Both the position numbers and the translations under genes were made by a program. Source: Octopus vulgaris (lineage: Eukaryota). Taken from it: a stretch of DNA of 64,000 nt. Below, piece by piece: positions 1-12,138 of this stretch. The notes below the pieces were generated by a model. It was not told the DNA's origin and ran no database searches. It saw nothing but the letters and a program-made list of their open reading frames with translations. How positions within the stretch are numbered: the stretch's first letter is position 1; the number at the start of each line of letters is the position of its first letter. Location: the NCBI GenBank assembly GCA_951406725.2, contig OX597834.1, positions 21,390,001 through 21,454,000 on the forward strand, in the 5' to 3' direction.

Positions 1-138
1 CTGCAAACGATAAGTCTTTACTTGAATGGGATATGGTACCCAATGAATGACTGGAATATGATGTCTTGTCCAGTTGGTGCCATTAAGTTAAACATGGCCT
101 AGCCTGATTCAGGCTGAAACTTATCTAAATATCTAAGT

Positions 139-357
139 CAGTGCTTTTCAACCTTTTTGCTGGAGCGGAACCCTAAGGAAACATTCCACTGGCTCGAGGA
201 ACCCCTGTGCAATAATTTAATAGTCTTATGCACACATATCTACACAGGAGACTTAAAAATTACTGCCGATTTTTGCAGTTTTGTAACTTCTTGTGGAACC
301 CCTGGACTGTACTGGCGGAACCCTAAGGTTCCGCAGAACCCTGGATGAAAACCACTG
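139..357. mobile_element. hAT (Charlie-type) MITE
   Basis: Termini CAGTGCTTTTCAACC...GGATGAAAACCACTG; exact 8-bp TSD ATCTAAGT at 131-138 and 358-365; a second copy lies at 61039-61239 in the opposite orientation. Confidence 0.85.
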
Positions 358-640
358 ATCTAAGTTATCTAAGTATCTAAGTGTATATGATGTATATATG
401 TAAGATTCAGTTGAATTAGGTACTTAAATTGAGGCACCTCGTTAGATCAGAATAATATACACACACAACAATATTAAGTAAATATCAAACTTTGTACATA
501 AATACCTGCCGAATGATATTCTTGCAGTTAGACCCAGGTGAGTGAAGAAATTTGCTCTGGGCTATTCAGACATTTACTTTATATTAAATATACTGTCCAT
601 GATATTTACGAAGGGCAGATTCTGAGACAGGTTAATAAAG

Positions 641-1000
641 TCGCCTGTTTACCAACCACATGGTTCTGGGTTCAGTCCCACTGCGTGGCACCTTGGGTAA
701 GTGTCTTCTACTATAGCCTCGGGCCGACCAAAGCCTTGTGAGTGGATTTGGAAGACGGAAACTGAAAGAAGCCCGTCGTATATATGTATATATATATATG
801 CGTGTGTATGTTTGTCCCCCTAGCATTGCTTAACAACCGATGCTAGTGTGTTTACGTCGCAATCACTTAGCGGTTCGGCAAAAGAAACCGATAGAATAAG
901 TACTGGGCTAACAAAGAATAAGTCCTGGGGTCGATCTGCTCGACTAAAGGTGGTGCTCCAGCATGGCCACAGTCAAATGACTGAAACAAGTAAAAAAGAG
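641..1000 (+). mobile_element. tRNA-derived SINE family A, 5' end degraded
   Basis: B-box-like GGTTCAGTCCC, CCTTGGG(C/T)AAGTGTCTT, internal (TA)/(TG) tract, 3' end GCTCCAGCATGGCCACAGTCAAATGACTGAAACAAGTAAAA; more than 15 copies or fragments in the window. Confidence 0.85.
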
Positions 1001-1488
1001 AAAGGAGAAAGAGAGAAATATATATGCATGTGTATGTATACATATGTGTACATATATATATATATATTCGGCTGTATTTATCCAAAGCCCAACCTCCATT
1101 TTCCTGCATCTATAAAGATTGCTACCAATGCCACATATGCCACCATAAATAGCAATTGGTACCCACCAGTTCCACTGCAGCATCTGATTTCCATATGTTC
1201 TGCTCTCTCGAGGGTGTTACTTATCACAATGCTGCATCTAATGCGCCCAAAGTTCAACATGTGCATCTGCATCTGCACACAAAACATCCTGCAACGCAAG
1301 CAACGCAACATCGTTTCCTTCCACCATTGTTCGCACGATGCAACCTGACACAAGGGCCTTTAAACAGGCACTCAACCTGCTAGAAATAGCAGCCAAGTCT
1401 CCCTTAACTCTCACATCTAACATCTTAAACGAAATGTAAAGATTTGCGGGACAATGTAGACCGTCATAGACATGAAAAACCAGGATTC

Positions 1489-1700
1489 TTTTATTCATTT
1501 ACTTGTTTAAGTCATTTGACTGCAGCCATGCTGGAGCACAGTCTTAAAGGGTTTTAGTCAAAGAAATCGACCCCAGGACTTAGTCTTTGTAAGCCTAGTA
1601 CTTATTCTATCGGTCTCTTTTGCTGAACCACTAAGTTACAGGGACATAAACACACCAACATCGGTTGTCAAGCGATATTGGGGGAACAAACATAGACACA
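1489..1700 (-). mobile_element. SINE family A, 3' half
   Basis: Reverse complement of the family A 3' half (TTTTACTTGTTTAAGTCATTTGACTGCAGCCATGCTGGAGC...). Confidence 0.8.
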
Positions 1701-1720
1701 CATACATATATAAATACACA

Positions 1721-1879
1721 GTGCAAGAGTGGCTGTGTGGTAAGTAGCTTGCTTACCGACCACATGGTTCCGGGTTCAGTCCCACTGCATGGCACCTTGG
1801 GCAAGTATCTTCTACTTTAGCCTCGGGCCAACCAAAGCCTTGAGTGGATTTGGTAGACGGAAACTGAAAGAAGCCCGTC

Positions 1880-1911
<32 letters not shown>

Positions 1912-2170
1912 ATGTATATATATACATATATATGTGTGTGTGTGTATGTATATATATACATATATATGTGTGTGTGTGTGTCCTCCCAACATCGCTTGAC
2001 AACCGATGCTGGTGTTTGCCTCCCCCGTAACTTAGCGGTTTGGCAAAATAGACCGATAGAATAAGTACTAGGCTTACAACGAATAAGTCCTGGGGTCGAT
2101 GTGCTTGACTAAAGGTGGTGCTCCAGCATGGCCGCAGTCAAAATGATTGAAACAAATAAAAGAATAAAAG
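1721..2170 (+). mobile_element. SINE family A, full length
   Basis: A-box-like TGGCTGTGTGG and B-box-like GGTTCAGTCCC head, internal microsatellite, complete 3' end. Confidence 0.9.
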
Positions 2171-2221
2171 AAGTTTATAGTAGAAAAGATTATCATTATG
2201 ATTAATTATTATTATTATTAT

Positions 2222-2385
2222 TATTCTATGTTTGACTTTTGCTTTATATTTGTACAAGTTGGCTCCAAGTCTCACCCAGAGACCTCAAGAGACAACAGGT
2301 TGGAAGTTCATGTTGTCGTTATGCCTGGTGTGCCATATATTTGGTGGGGGGGGAGTTTTTGGTGTTGTACTAATGAATGTCTAAA
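2222..2385 (-). mobile_element. Probable 3' UTR remnant of an R4/Dong-type LINE in a (TAA)n tract
   Basis: Minus strand reads GAGGTCTCTGGGTGAGACTTGGAGCC...CAAACATAGAATAATAATAAT, flanked by (TAA)n; same architecture as the 3' UTR at 48290-48424. Family assignment is from recollection of the motif. Confidence 0.5.
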
Positions 2386-2422
2386 AAAAAAAAAAAAATT
2401 ATTATCATCATCATCATTATTA

Positions 2423-2456
<34 letters not shown>

Positions 2457-2829
2457 GGAGTTAAGCAACAAAAGCAACAACTTCATTATGTTCTTGAGAT
2501 TTTGTGGTTCCTGCGAGTGAACGATATTGGTGTTTGAGCTGTGCTCCCTTTGAAGGCCTCGTATTTTACTTTTCCAAAATCTGAGAGCATTCTCCGGGCT
2601 TCCAAATACCTGAAGTACTTCAATAGTTTCTGCAAATATGGGAATGTCTCTGTTCTGAGACCAGAATCTCCCATCAAAGATGGCAGTCTCTCCCTCAAAG
2701 GCATTCAGTTTGGAACCTTGGCATAATTACTTCAATCACTGCAATGAAGAAACGAGTTCCTAAAGGTATTTTTATTTACCTGGACTTAATTAGCAAATTC
2801 TTAATCTTAATTACATCACACACCGGGGT

Positions 2830-3288
2830 GTATGTGCATGCACACACAAATACACACACACACACACGCGCGCGCGATCTTAACAGGCATCAACTTGTAC
2901 ATGCATATAAAATCCGAACTTATACACACACATGTACAGACACATACACACACACACACGATCATCCAGACATGCATACAAACACACACACACACACACT
3001 CACAAACACATGCACAGGTTCACATATGCATGTAAAACATGCATTGTGCAATTCCAAACTTATGCATGCACACACTTGTACATGCACAAACTCGTGCATG
3101 CGCATCTAAATAAGTACGTACATGCAAGTACATGCATATGCAAACATGTACAGAAATGCATACATGCATGTGCAAAAAATGACACTTGCACACAAACACA
3201 CACATACTTGCATGCTCAAACACATACACACATATATATAAACATATGCATGCATCAACACATATGTAAACATACATACATATACAAT

Positions 3289-3380
<92 letters not shown>

Positions 3381-3389
3381 GTGTGTATA

Positions 3390-3433
<44 letters not shown>

Positions 3434-3670
3434 CATACACATGCATGCAAACACAGAAACTGCATACACACACATACACATTTACAGAGAGACATACACA
3501 TGCATATACACATACGTATATGTACATATGTATGTGTATACCTACAAAAGCATACATACACACGAATACACAATGATACGACAGGCATACACCTGCACAC
3601 AAACACACACACACACACACAAACATGCAAGCATGCGCGCACACATACATACACACATATATATACATGC
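2830..3670. repeat. Compound (CA)n/(TA)n microsatellite
   Basis: Directly visible; source of the His/Thr/Tyr/Ile-rich pseudo-ORFs. Confidence 0.95.
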
Positions 3671-4664
3671 ACTGAAAAGATGTAAAGTTGGTTAACGATA
3701 AATGTTTATGGAGTTGGTGTTTCATAGATCTTTGATTAGAAATTAATTAAACAAGCTATTTGGGAAGGAATGAGAGAAAGAAGGTCTGGGAACTAAGGAG
3801 AGAATGAGTGGGAGGAAGGAAGGAAGAACAGACATGCATATGCAAAACATGCACACAAACACAGACATGTGCACTTATAGGTGTGGCTGTGTGGTAAGAA
3901 GCTTGCCTCACAACCACATGGTTCCGGTTTCAATTCATTCCTTTCATCTTGATTTCACCTTAAATTCTTTGTAGTCCCTTACATTAAGTGGTTTCTTGCT
4001 TTGTTGGAGAATTTATTTTTTTAAAAGCAAAAAAAGGGAAGTGGGGGAAAGTAGGAAAAAAGAAAAAAATGTATGAAAGAAAGAAACAAAGAAAGAAGAG
4101 AAGGAAGAAAGAAAGAAAGAGGGAAGGGAAAATTAGGAGAAAGAAAGAATGAAAAGAGAAAGAAAGAAGGAAGGAAGAAAGAAAGTGTGAAACAAGTGAA
4201 AGTAGAAAGACTCAAAAGGAAGATAGGAAGGAAGAGAGATGGCTAGATTATGGAATCCTTCATCATCAAACACTTCTATATAGAGATAAAGATATATGTT
4301 GATGCTGCTGACATCGCTGGACTAAATAGTACTGACCAGATGTCGAAATCATAGTGACATCTGTTAGGCAGCTGATGATGGGTATACATAATTATAATGC
4401 TTGTTTGTGAATTTCTTATATCTTAATCTCATTTTTCTGAGTTGTCTTCATTCCTGTCAAGGGGAAAGTGTTTGTGGATTCATAATTTGCTGGGATCACT
4501 TACAGTGATTATTGGTTGTTTTCAGAGATAATCTTACTAGGGATGAAAAGCTTAAATATTGGTGTCAAGTTTTGGGAGGTTCTATGGCAGATATACATAT
4601 ATATATGAATGTATGTATATAATATATATGTGTGTGTATGTACATATATATGTATAATATATAT

Positions 4665-4874
4665 AATTGTGACTAACAATCCAAGGTAACACCTACATTG
4701 CTAGAAATATTTGAAAGTGAAACTGGACCAGTATGATGATCTTGCTTGCAGTGGGGTGGTTATCTCCCCTGTCGGTACATAGACATGTGCTTCTTTGCAC
4801 CCTTAAGGGCTTTTAGCTCTTATTTCTTGCAATATAGGTGCTACCTACACCGTCAGTCACAGTTAGTGACAATT
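4665..4874. mobile_element. MITE-like element with inverted ends
   Basis: AATTGTGACTAAC...GTTAGTGACAATT (12/13) plus inner IR GGTAACACCTACATTGCTAGAAATA / TATTTCTTGCAATATAGGTGCTACC; lies between TA tracts. Confidence 0.55.
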
Positions 4875-4918
4875 GAATATTTCTTTTTTGGCTTTATATT
4901 GTTTATAGCCACCTTCAT

Positions 4919-4967
<49 letters not shown>

Positions 4968-6085
4968 CCTTGCCATTCCTTATTGTCTCAGACTGCTTAA
5001 TACATACAGTGTACAGGTAAACATGCATGCATGATGATTCTGTTGTTGTGCATCAGTGCATATGTGGGGTTGAACTGCAAAATTGCATTTTAATGCTTTT
5101 TCAACAAAATTACTGACTTTCTTTTCTTGCTTTTCTTTTAATTCTTTTTTTCTCTTCTGGGACAGGGAGGAGAAATGAGATTTCAGTTCTACTCCACTCC
5201 CCACCTCCACCTGTCCAATAACATCCCTGCACCGTTTTCCCCTCACCCTCACCCCACCCAACAACGTAATACCCACCCTGCCCTACCTTACTCTGTTTCT
5301 CTTCCCCTACTCAGCCCCACTCTCTGATCTTCCCCCCCTTCACCCTTACTCTACCCTTTCTCTGCCCCACTCTGCCCTGTAAATTAGCTTAAAAACTTAT
5401 TCTGCTCCCAACAGAATTATTCAAGGGATTACAAAATAAATGTGTAAATAATCACGAGATGGGAGCAATAACCCCAAAGTCGAATAAGCAGTCATTTTGC
5501 AAAGTACTATTTTAGATTTTAGTTGAAAAACTGAAAAAAAAAAAGGGGAAAAATTCTACAACATTTACCAATAAATGTCTTTCTCAAAAAAAAAAAAAAA
5601 AATTAAGAAATAACAAAATAACAAAATAAACAAAAGGAGAGAGGAGTGGGTGGGATTAGAACGATTAATGTATTTCTCCATTACCAAATCAGAAAGTGAT
5701 TTAGTACCCTCCACCATTTTCATCTCTTAATTATTATAATTAAGATCAGCTCTGATACTAAAAGGTTTCTAAATTCAACATCTAGAAAATATAAGCTGAG
5801 CCTTCATCATCATCATTATCATCATCATCATTGTCGTCATCATCATCATTGTCGTCATCATCATCATCATCATCTTTTTAGTACTTGGCTGGTACTCTAC
5901 CATTTGTGTCTTTATCATGGTTTCTCCAGCTCAATTCCTTACATAATGCCAACTACTTTACAGAATACACTATTTTTCTGTGGTTGTTGTTTTGTCTTTG
6001 TGGTTCCATTGCTAGTGGCATCACCCTGCAACTTGCAAGACGAAAAGGCCTGAAGAGGACTCTTTTAACATATATATATATATAT

Positions 6086-6356
6086 AAATTAATAATAAAA
6101 TATTAAGGAATAAATCCAAACTTACAGGGAAAAATCAGATTTAGGATTGAATCCAATTTTATAGTAAAATATTATATTATATTAAATTAGAGATAAAACC
6201 ACTATTAGGCAAATCATACAATGAAAAACTTAAGCCAATACATAAGATTAATTAATTTATATTATTTTATATAATAATATAAATTAATTAATCTTATGTA
6301 TTGGCTTAAGTTTTTCATTGTATGATTTGCCTAATAGTGGTTTTATCTCTAATTTA

Positions 6357-6366
<10 letters not shown>
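6086..6366. mobile_element. (TA)n-embedded insert with perfect 94-bp inverted repeat (Penelope-like remnant?)
   Basis: Arms 6173-6266 and 6273-6366 are exact reverse complements; (TA)n on both sides. The Penelope link is inference. Confidence 0.55.
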
Positions 6367-6403
<37 letters not shown>

Positions 6404-6583
6404 TTTATCCATAATGGTCGTTTGGACTTTAGCTGTTCCTTCTAGTCTGAAAGGAATCCTATGACGTATGCCTCTTATGTGCTTAAATGTACACTGCATT
6501 TATATGAATAATATATAGTCTATTGACTAATTTTTCTACATGCTAGGCCACAGGTAGTAAAAATTTCTAAAATCTTTATTACC

Positions 6584-6972
6584 CCAGTCTGATCTGGCAG
6601 TGTTTCTACAGGTGGATGCCCTTCCTAACGCCAACCACTCCATGAGTGTAGTGTGTGCTTTTTACATGCCACTGGCACAGGTGCCAGATGAGGCTGGCGA
6701 CGGCCATGATCGGTTGGTGCTTTTTATGTGCCACTGGCACGGAGGCCAGTTGGGGGCAGTGCTAGCAACGGTCACATTCGGATGGTTCTCTTATGTGCCA
6801 CCGGCACTGGTATCACAACTACAATTTCCATTGATTTTGATTGATTTCGATTTCACTTGCCTCAACGGGTCTTCGCAAGTAGAGTTTTGTGTCCCAAGAC
6901 GGAAAGGTATGCATAAGCGGACTGGCTACATCCCAGGTAGAGGTCACGTGTTATGGTCTCACTTGTCCTGCC
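6584..6972 (-). mobile_element. Retroposon family C (RTE-type tail), longest 5' extent in window
   Basis: Shares GGATGCCCTTCCTAACGCCAACCAC core and repeated GGTGCTTTTTA(C/T)GTGCCACCGGCAC modules with about 12 other copies. Confidence 0.8.
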
Positions 6973-7469
6973 TTAGCGACAAAACTGAAATTATGCATCG
7001 TTTAGTTGAGCACTGAACAATTAGCACCAAATCACCTACCAAAAAAACCCCTCAACAGACAGACATACACGGATACACACACATACACACAGACACACGT
7101 ACACACACACTTCATCATCGATACCAATAAAACTCAGAGTAACCAATAGAGACTGTTTATATAACTTTATCCAACTCCTACCATGGCGGCGGTGATGAAG
7201 TGGGTGGGGTGAGAGGAAAGCTACTGAACCGAATGACTCACTCACCTTTTCTGGTTTTGGCGGCGGGGGGTGGGGTATAAATTTATTTATTTGTTTTTAT
7301 AATTTTGTTTTTGTTTTTGTATTGCTTTTTTGTTGTTGTTGTTTTTGTCTCTTCCTCTGCTGCTGCACTAATTTCGTTGGTAAGCTATCAGGTATCTTGG
7401 CAAATACGCAGGGCTGTCAATTAGGTTCAGATCAAAAGATTTCATACTGTGTGCATGTTACAACAGCTC

Positions 7470-8200
7470 ACTAAGCACATGCACACACACACACACAGAG
7501 GCATGCACACACACAGAGGCATACACATGCAGACACACATACGCATGCATGCACACACACACACATACATACACAGATGTACATACACAGACAAACACAC
7601 ATACATGTCCACATACACACTCATGGGCTCACACATTGTCGCACACAGACAAACACACAGATATACATAATCACTCATGCATACACACACACACTCAGAT
7701 GCATGCACACACATAGATGCATACATACAGATACTCACTCAGACGTGCACACAGACATACATGAATGCACACACACACATGTGTATATGCACACACACAC
7801 ACTCAGATGCATACACACACATGCATGCACATATACAGATGCATACATACAGATACTCACTCAGATGTGCACACACACACATACATGCATGCACACACAC
7901 ATGTGTACATGCATACACACACATACAGATGCATACATACAGATACTCACTCAGACGTACACACAGTCACACACACATACATGCATGCACACACACACAT
8001 GTGTACATGCAAATATGCACTCACATACATGCACACTCAGGCATACACCTATACACACAGATATGCACTCGTACACCTGCACATGCACATATACATGCAT
8101 GCATACACATACACATACACATAAACATGCACACCAACACATATGCAAAAACACACACACACACACAGAGTGTTATGCACACTTACACACACACACATTT
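7470..8200. repeat. CA-rich degenerate minisatellite
   Basis: Recurring unit GATGCATACATACAGATACTCACTCAGA within (CA)n. Confidence 0.85.
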
Positions 8201-8559
8201 AGGTACACACCTCCCCCCCTCCTGTAAAATGCACCACAACAAAAGCCGCTGTCATTGTATCAATGTGAAAGAGAACATGCAAAACAACAACAGCAACAAT
8301 ATCAACATCAACAACAAGAACAACAACAACAGCTGCAACGACAAAAACAAGAGCAAAAACTGCATTATCTGCTGTCTCTCTTTTCAGACGGTTGCCCCTG
8401 TTTCTCATCGTCTCAGCACTCACCACCACCACCACCTTCACCATCTTCTGTCTGTGAAAAAAAAAAGGAATCCCCTCCACCCCACCCGCCTCCCCATTTA
8501 TTTTTATGGTTTTTCACGATTCTCTTCGTTAAAGACATACCTTGCTTGTAAATCCTTAG

Positions 8560-9135
8560 ATTTCATCACTGACTTCCTTCTAATCATCTTCATCGTTGTA
8601 ATCATCATCGCCACCATCGTTATCATCATCATCATCATCATCATCATCATTAACACCGCTATCAAAAAAAGAAGAGCAAAGATCATTACGACGGTATTGA
8701 TCATCATCATCATCATCATTAGCAGCAGCAGTATCATCATCATCACCATGACTATGACCATTACCCCCACCTCCACAAACATCATCTTCTTAGTATTATT
8801 ATCGATGTCATTATCATCATTATCATTATCATCATCATCATCAGTATCATCATTATCATCATAACTGTGGCCACCATTACTACCTCCATCACCATCATCA
8901 TCATCATACTCTTGAGCATCCTCATCATTGTCATCATCGTCGTATTCATCATCATCATCATCGTCATCATCAAAGAGTAGATGTAAAAGTAGTTCTTACT
9001 GTCATCATACTGATGTTACGATGTTAATTATGCTGATGAGATAATAGTAGTGATGATGATGATGATAAGGAGGAGAAAGAGAAAGAAAATGTTGTTGATG
9101 ACATTGATGATAATGATGATGGCAACAACAACAAT
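8560..9135. repeat. Degenerate (ATC)n/(GAT)n trinucleotide region
   Basis: Directly visible. Confidence 0.9.
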
Positions 9136-9504
9136 ATCTTGACTTTATCATAAAAGAATCCGTCACGGATGGCCAGCCAAATGCTAAACGGTCAGTTAGA
9201 TTCCGTTGAAACTAAAGAGCCACAAAGAACTGACCAGACCTAAACAAAGAATGCCCATCAGCCTATTTGAGCTAAGAATGGTCATTTAAAGAAACCCAAG
9301 ATGGCAGGCATCAAAAGAGAAAAGCACTTCTTAATAAACACAGCCACACTCATTCCTTCAGACATTAATTGGGTTTGTTCTAAAACGTTCAATGTTAAAG
9401 AAGAATTAAGGGTTGGTTCTTGTTGTTCTAGTGGGGTTGCATTCAACTTCATGGTGAATTCTAGAATCTGAAGAAACTGCTAATGGTTGATTATTATCAT
9501 CAGC

Positions 9505-9992
9505 ATCATCATTGTTCAACGTCTGTTTTCCATGCTGGCATGGGTTGGACGGTTTAACTGAGGTTTAAGGCGGCGAGCTGGCAGAACCGTTAGCACGCCG
9601 GGCGAAATGCGTAGCCGTATTTCGTCTGCCGTTACATTCTGAGTTCAAATTCCGCTGAGGTCAACTTTGCCTTTCATCCTTTCGGGGTCGATAAATTAAG
9701 TACCAGTTATGCAGTGGGGGTCAATGTAATCGACTTAATCTGTTTGTCTATCCTTGTTTGTCCTCTCTGTGTTTAGCCCCTTGTGGGTAGTAAAGAAATA
9801 GGTTTAACTGAGGTCTGGGAAGCCAGGAGTCTGCACCAGGCTGCAGTCTGATCTGACAGTGTTTCTACAGCTGGATGCCCTTCCTAACACCAACAACTCT
9901 GAGAGTGTAGTGGGTGCTTTTTACGTGCCACCGGCACGGAAGCCAGTCAAGGTGACTCTTGCATCAGCCACATTCGGATGGTGCTTTTTACA
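9505..9992 (-). mobile_element. Family C element interrupted by a family B SINE
   Basis: 3' tail CATCATTGTTCAACGTCTGTTTTCCATGCTGGCATGGG at 9505-9550; the element resumes at 9801. Confidence 0.8.
9565..9800 (+). mobile_element. SINE family B (Nin/Deu-domain-like), full length with TSD
   Basis: Head GGCGGCGAGCTGGCAGAA, B-box GAGTTCAAATTCC, central GCCTTTCATCCTTTCGGGGTCGATAAATTAAGTACC resembling the Nin/Deu domain; 14-bp TSD GGTTTAACTGAGGT at 9551-9564 and 9801-9814. Confidence 0.85.
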
Positions 9993-10581
9993 TGCTCATT
10001 TTAGTCAATGGATGCGGCCAGTATACAAGCAGTATACTGTCCTTGAGCAAGATACTTCATTTCATATTCCCTATTTAATCTCTGTACTTCCTATTCCGTA
10101 CTTCATTTCCCCATTGTAAAATGATAATAATAATCACACACGCACACAAACACACAAACACACATATACATACACATTTATAAATACACACACAAATATA
10201 TATTGAGTATCATGCACGAATCTTAAATATTTGTATATTATGTTAAATAAATTTTGCACATTTATAAATAAACATGTGCATAGGTTTAATAATAATAACA
10301 ACAATAATAAAATATGTATATGTGTGTGTGTGTATGTGTGTGTGTGTAATGATAATTTAATCCTTAACTAAAAGCAAACATTGTAGATAAGGTACATCAG
10401 TACCATAGTATGAATCTGGTTTATGTGTTAGCTGTCAATTTATTTATAAGTTTATTCTATGTCTATAAACTTACATGGCTGTGAGTGCATGCACGTGCAT
10501 GCATGCATATTGGTATATATATGTATGTATGTATGTATGTACGTACGTGTATTTGTGTGTGTGTGTGTATATGTATGTATG

Positions 10582-10819
10582 TATCGTTGCTATTATGTTA
10601 AACTTTAGTGTGTCCAAAGTTGGTCAAATGCATTTTTTTTTTCAATATTTATTTTGCTTGCAATAGCCAGTTCTTTTGGTCAAATATATCATATCTCCAG
10701 CCGCTTCCGATGCCAAGATATGAAAAATGGTTTTGCTAAGGAATTGGTGAAACTATTTTGTTGTTTTCTGAAAAAGCAACATTTTGGACTTACGGAACTT
10801 TTGCATAATAGCAACGATA
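10582..10819. mobile_element. MITE with TATCGTTGCTATTATG inverted ends
   Basis: 16-bp perfect terminal IR (TATCGTTGCTATTATG / CATAATAGCAACGATA), imperfectly extendable to about 40 bp; TA context. Confidence 0.7.
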
Positions 10820-10839
10820 TATATATTTATAGAGGTAGG

Positions 10840-10876
<37 letters not shown>

Positions 10877-11138
10877 GGATAGTTGGATGGATGGATGGAT
10901 GGATGGATGGACGGACGGACAGACGGACAATAATTGTGTATACATATATGTGTGTGTATATATATATATATACATACATACATATATATATATATGACGT
11001 TAAACGATGATGATGATGATATATATACACATAGAAACGCACAAATAAATATGCATATACATATATATACTGTGTGTGTAGGTGTTTGTGTGAGGGCATA
11101 TATGTATATGTGTGTACGTGTACGTGTGTGTGTGTGAG

Positions 11139-11260
11139 ATGTAGAAACTCTACCATATCAGATCAGAGCCTGGTGCAACCTTCTGGCTTGCCAGTGCTCA
11201 TTAAAACCGTCGAACCCATGCCAACATGGAAAGCAGACATTAAACGGCGGCGATGATGAT
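11139..11260 (+). mobile_element. Family C 3' fragment
   Basis: GTAGAAACTCTACCATATCAGATC...CATGGAAAGCAGACATTAAACGGCGGCGATGATG. Confidence 0.7.
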
Positions 11261-11734
11261 AGATGCATTCATATACATTTATATAAACGCTTTTATATAA
11301 ATTTATGATTACATATATTTGCACATTTATTTATAATCGTGGGTTTTATACACGTATGTGTGTGTGTGTACATATATAAATGCAGGCATACATATATATA
11401 AACACACATGCACATATATGTATATATACATGTAACACAGACATGCACACACATATATATATATATACATATATGTCTATATAGCATACATATATAGTCA
11501 TGTTGATGCGTTAGTCACAGAGGGGTGTTGAGCAGTAAAAGTTTAGTAGTGTTACCTAATAAGACAAAATGTTAAGGGTGTGTCTCTCCATCCCCACCCT
11601 CAGCCTCCCTCACACACCTCAGTAGTCTCGTCCCCCACTCCACCACCACCACCACCACCTCCAAAACGAATACAATACAAATTTCAAAATGTTTAGTTAG
11701 CTGTGAATTTGTCTATAGTTACCTCTGTATCTCT

Positions 11735-12103
11735 GTGTACACACACACACATATATGCACACACACACACACAGGTGCACGCTCGCACGCACACACACAC
11801 ACGTATATGCACAAGCGCACACACACACCTACACACATAGATATATGCCCACACACACACACACTTGCACGCTCGCATGCGTGCACACACACACGTATAT
11901 GCACATGCACACCTACACACATACATATATGCCCCCCACACACACACTTACACAAACACACTCACAAGTGCACATGCACGCACAGACACACACACACACA
12001 CATCCTAACATATATTCTAGCATACATACACGTACAGGTAATGGCAATGATGTTGCAATGCTTTAGCTGTGTGTGTATGTGTGTGTGTATGTGTGTGTGT
12101 GTA

Positions 12104-12138
<35 letters not shown>

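Noticed and set aside
632-826. Recurrent ORFs such as RLPNPLTRLW / PRCHAVGLNPEPCG / FLQLDALPNANH
   Set aside because: They recur because they are translations of SINE families A and C, not a protein family.
5190-5380. C-rich tract with G-quadruplex/i-motif potential
   Set aside because: Low-complexity tract similar to others (59430-59520, 62270-62400); nothing indicates function.
7236-7260. Minus-strand donor AAG|GTGAGT (and CAAG|GTATGT near 8540)
   Set aside because: No coherent coding frame or acceptor; such motifs are expected by chance, though a non-coding exon cannot be excluded.
7677-8864. 395-aa ORF and the many other His/Thr-, Tyr/Ile-, Cys/Val-, Met- or Leu/Ser-rich ORFs
   Set aside because: They are translations of (CA)n, (TA)n, (TG)n, (ATC)n and (CT)n repeats, which lack stop codons; no domain content.
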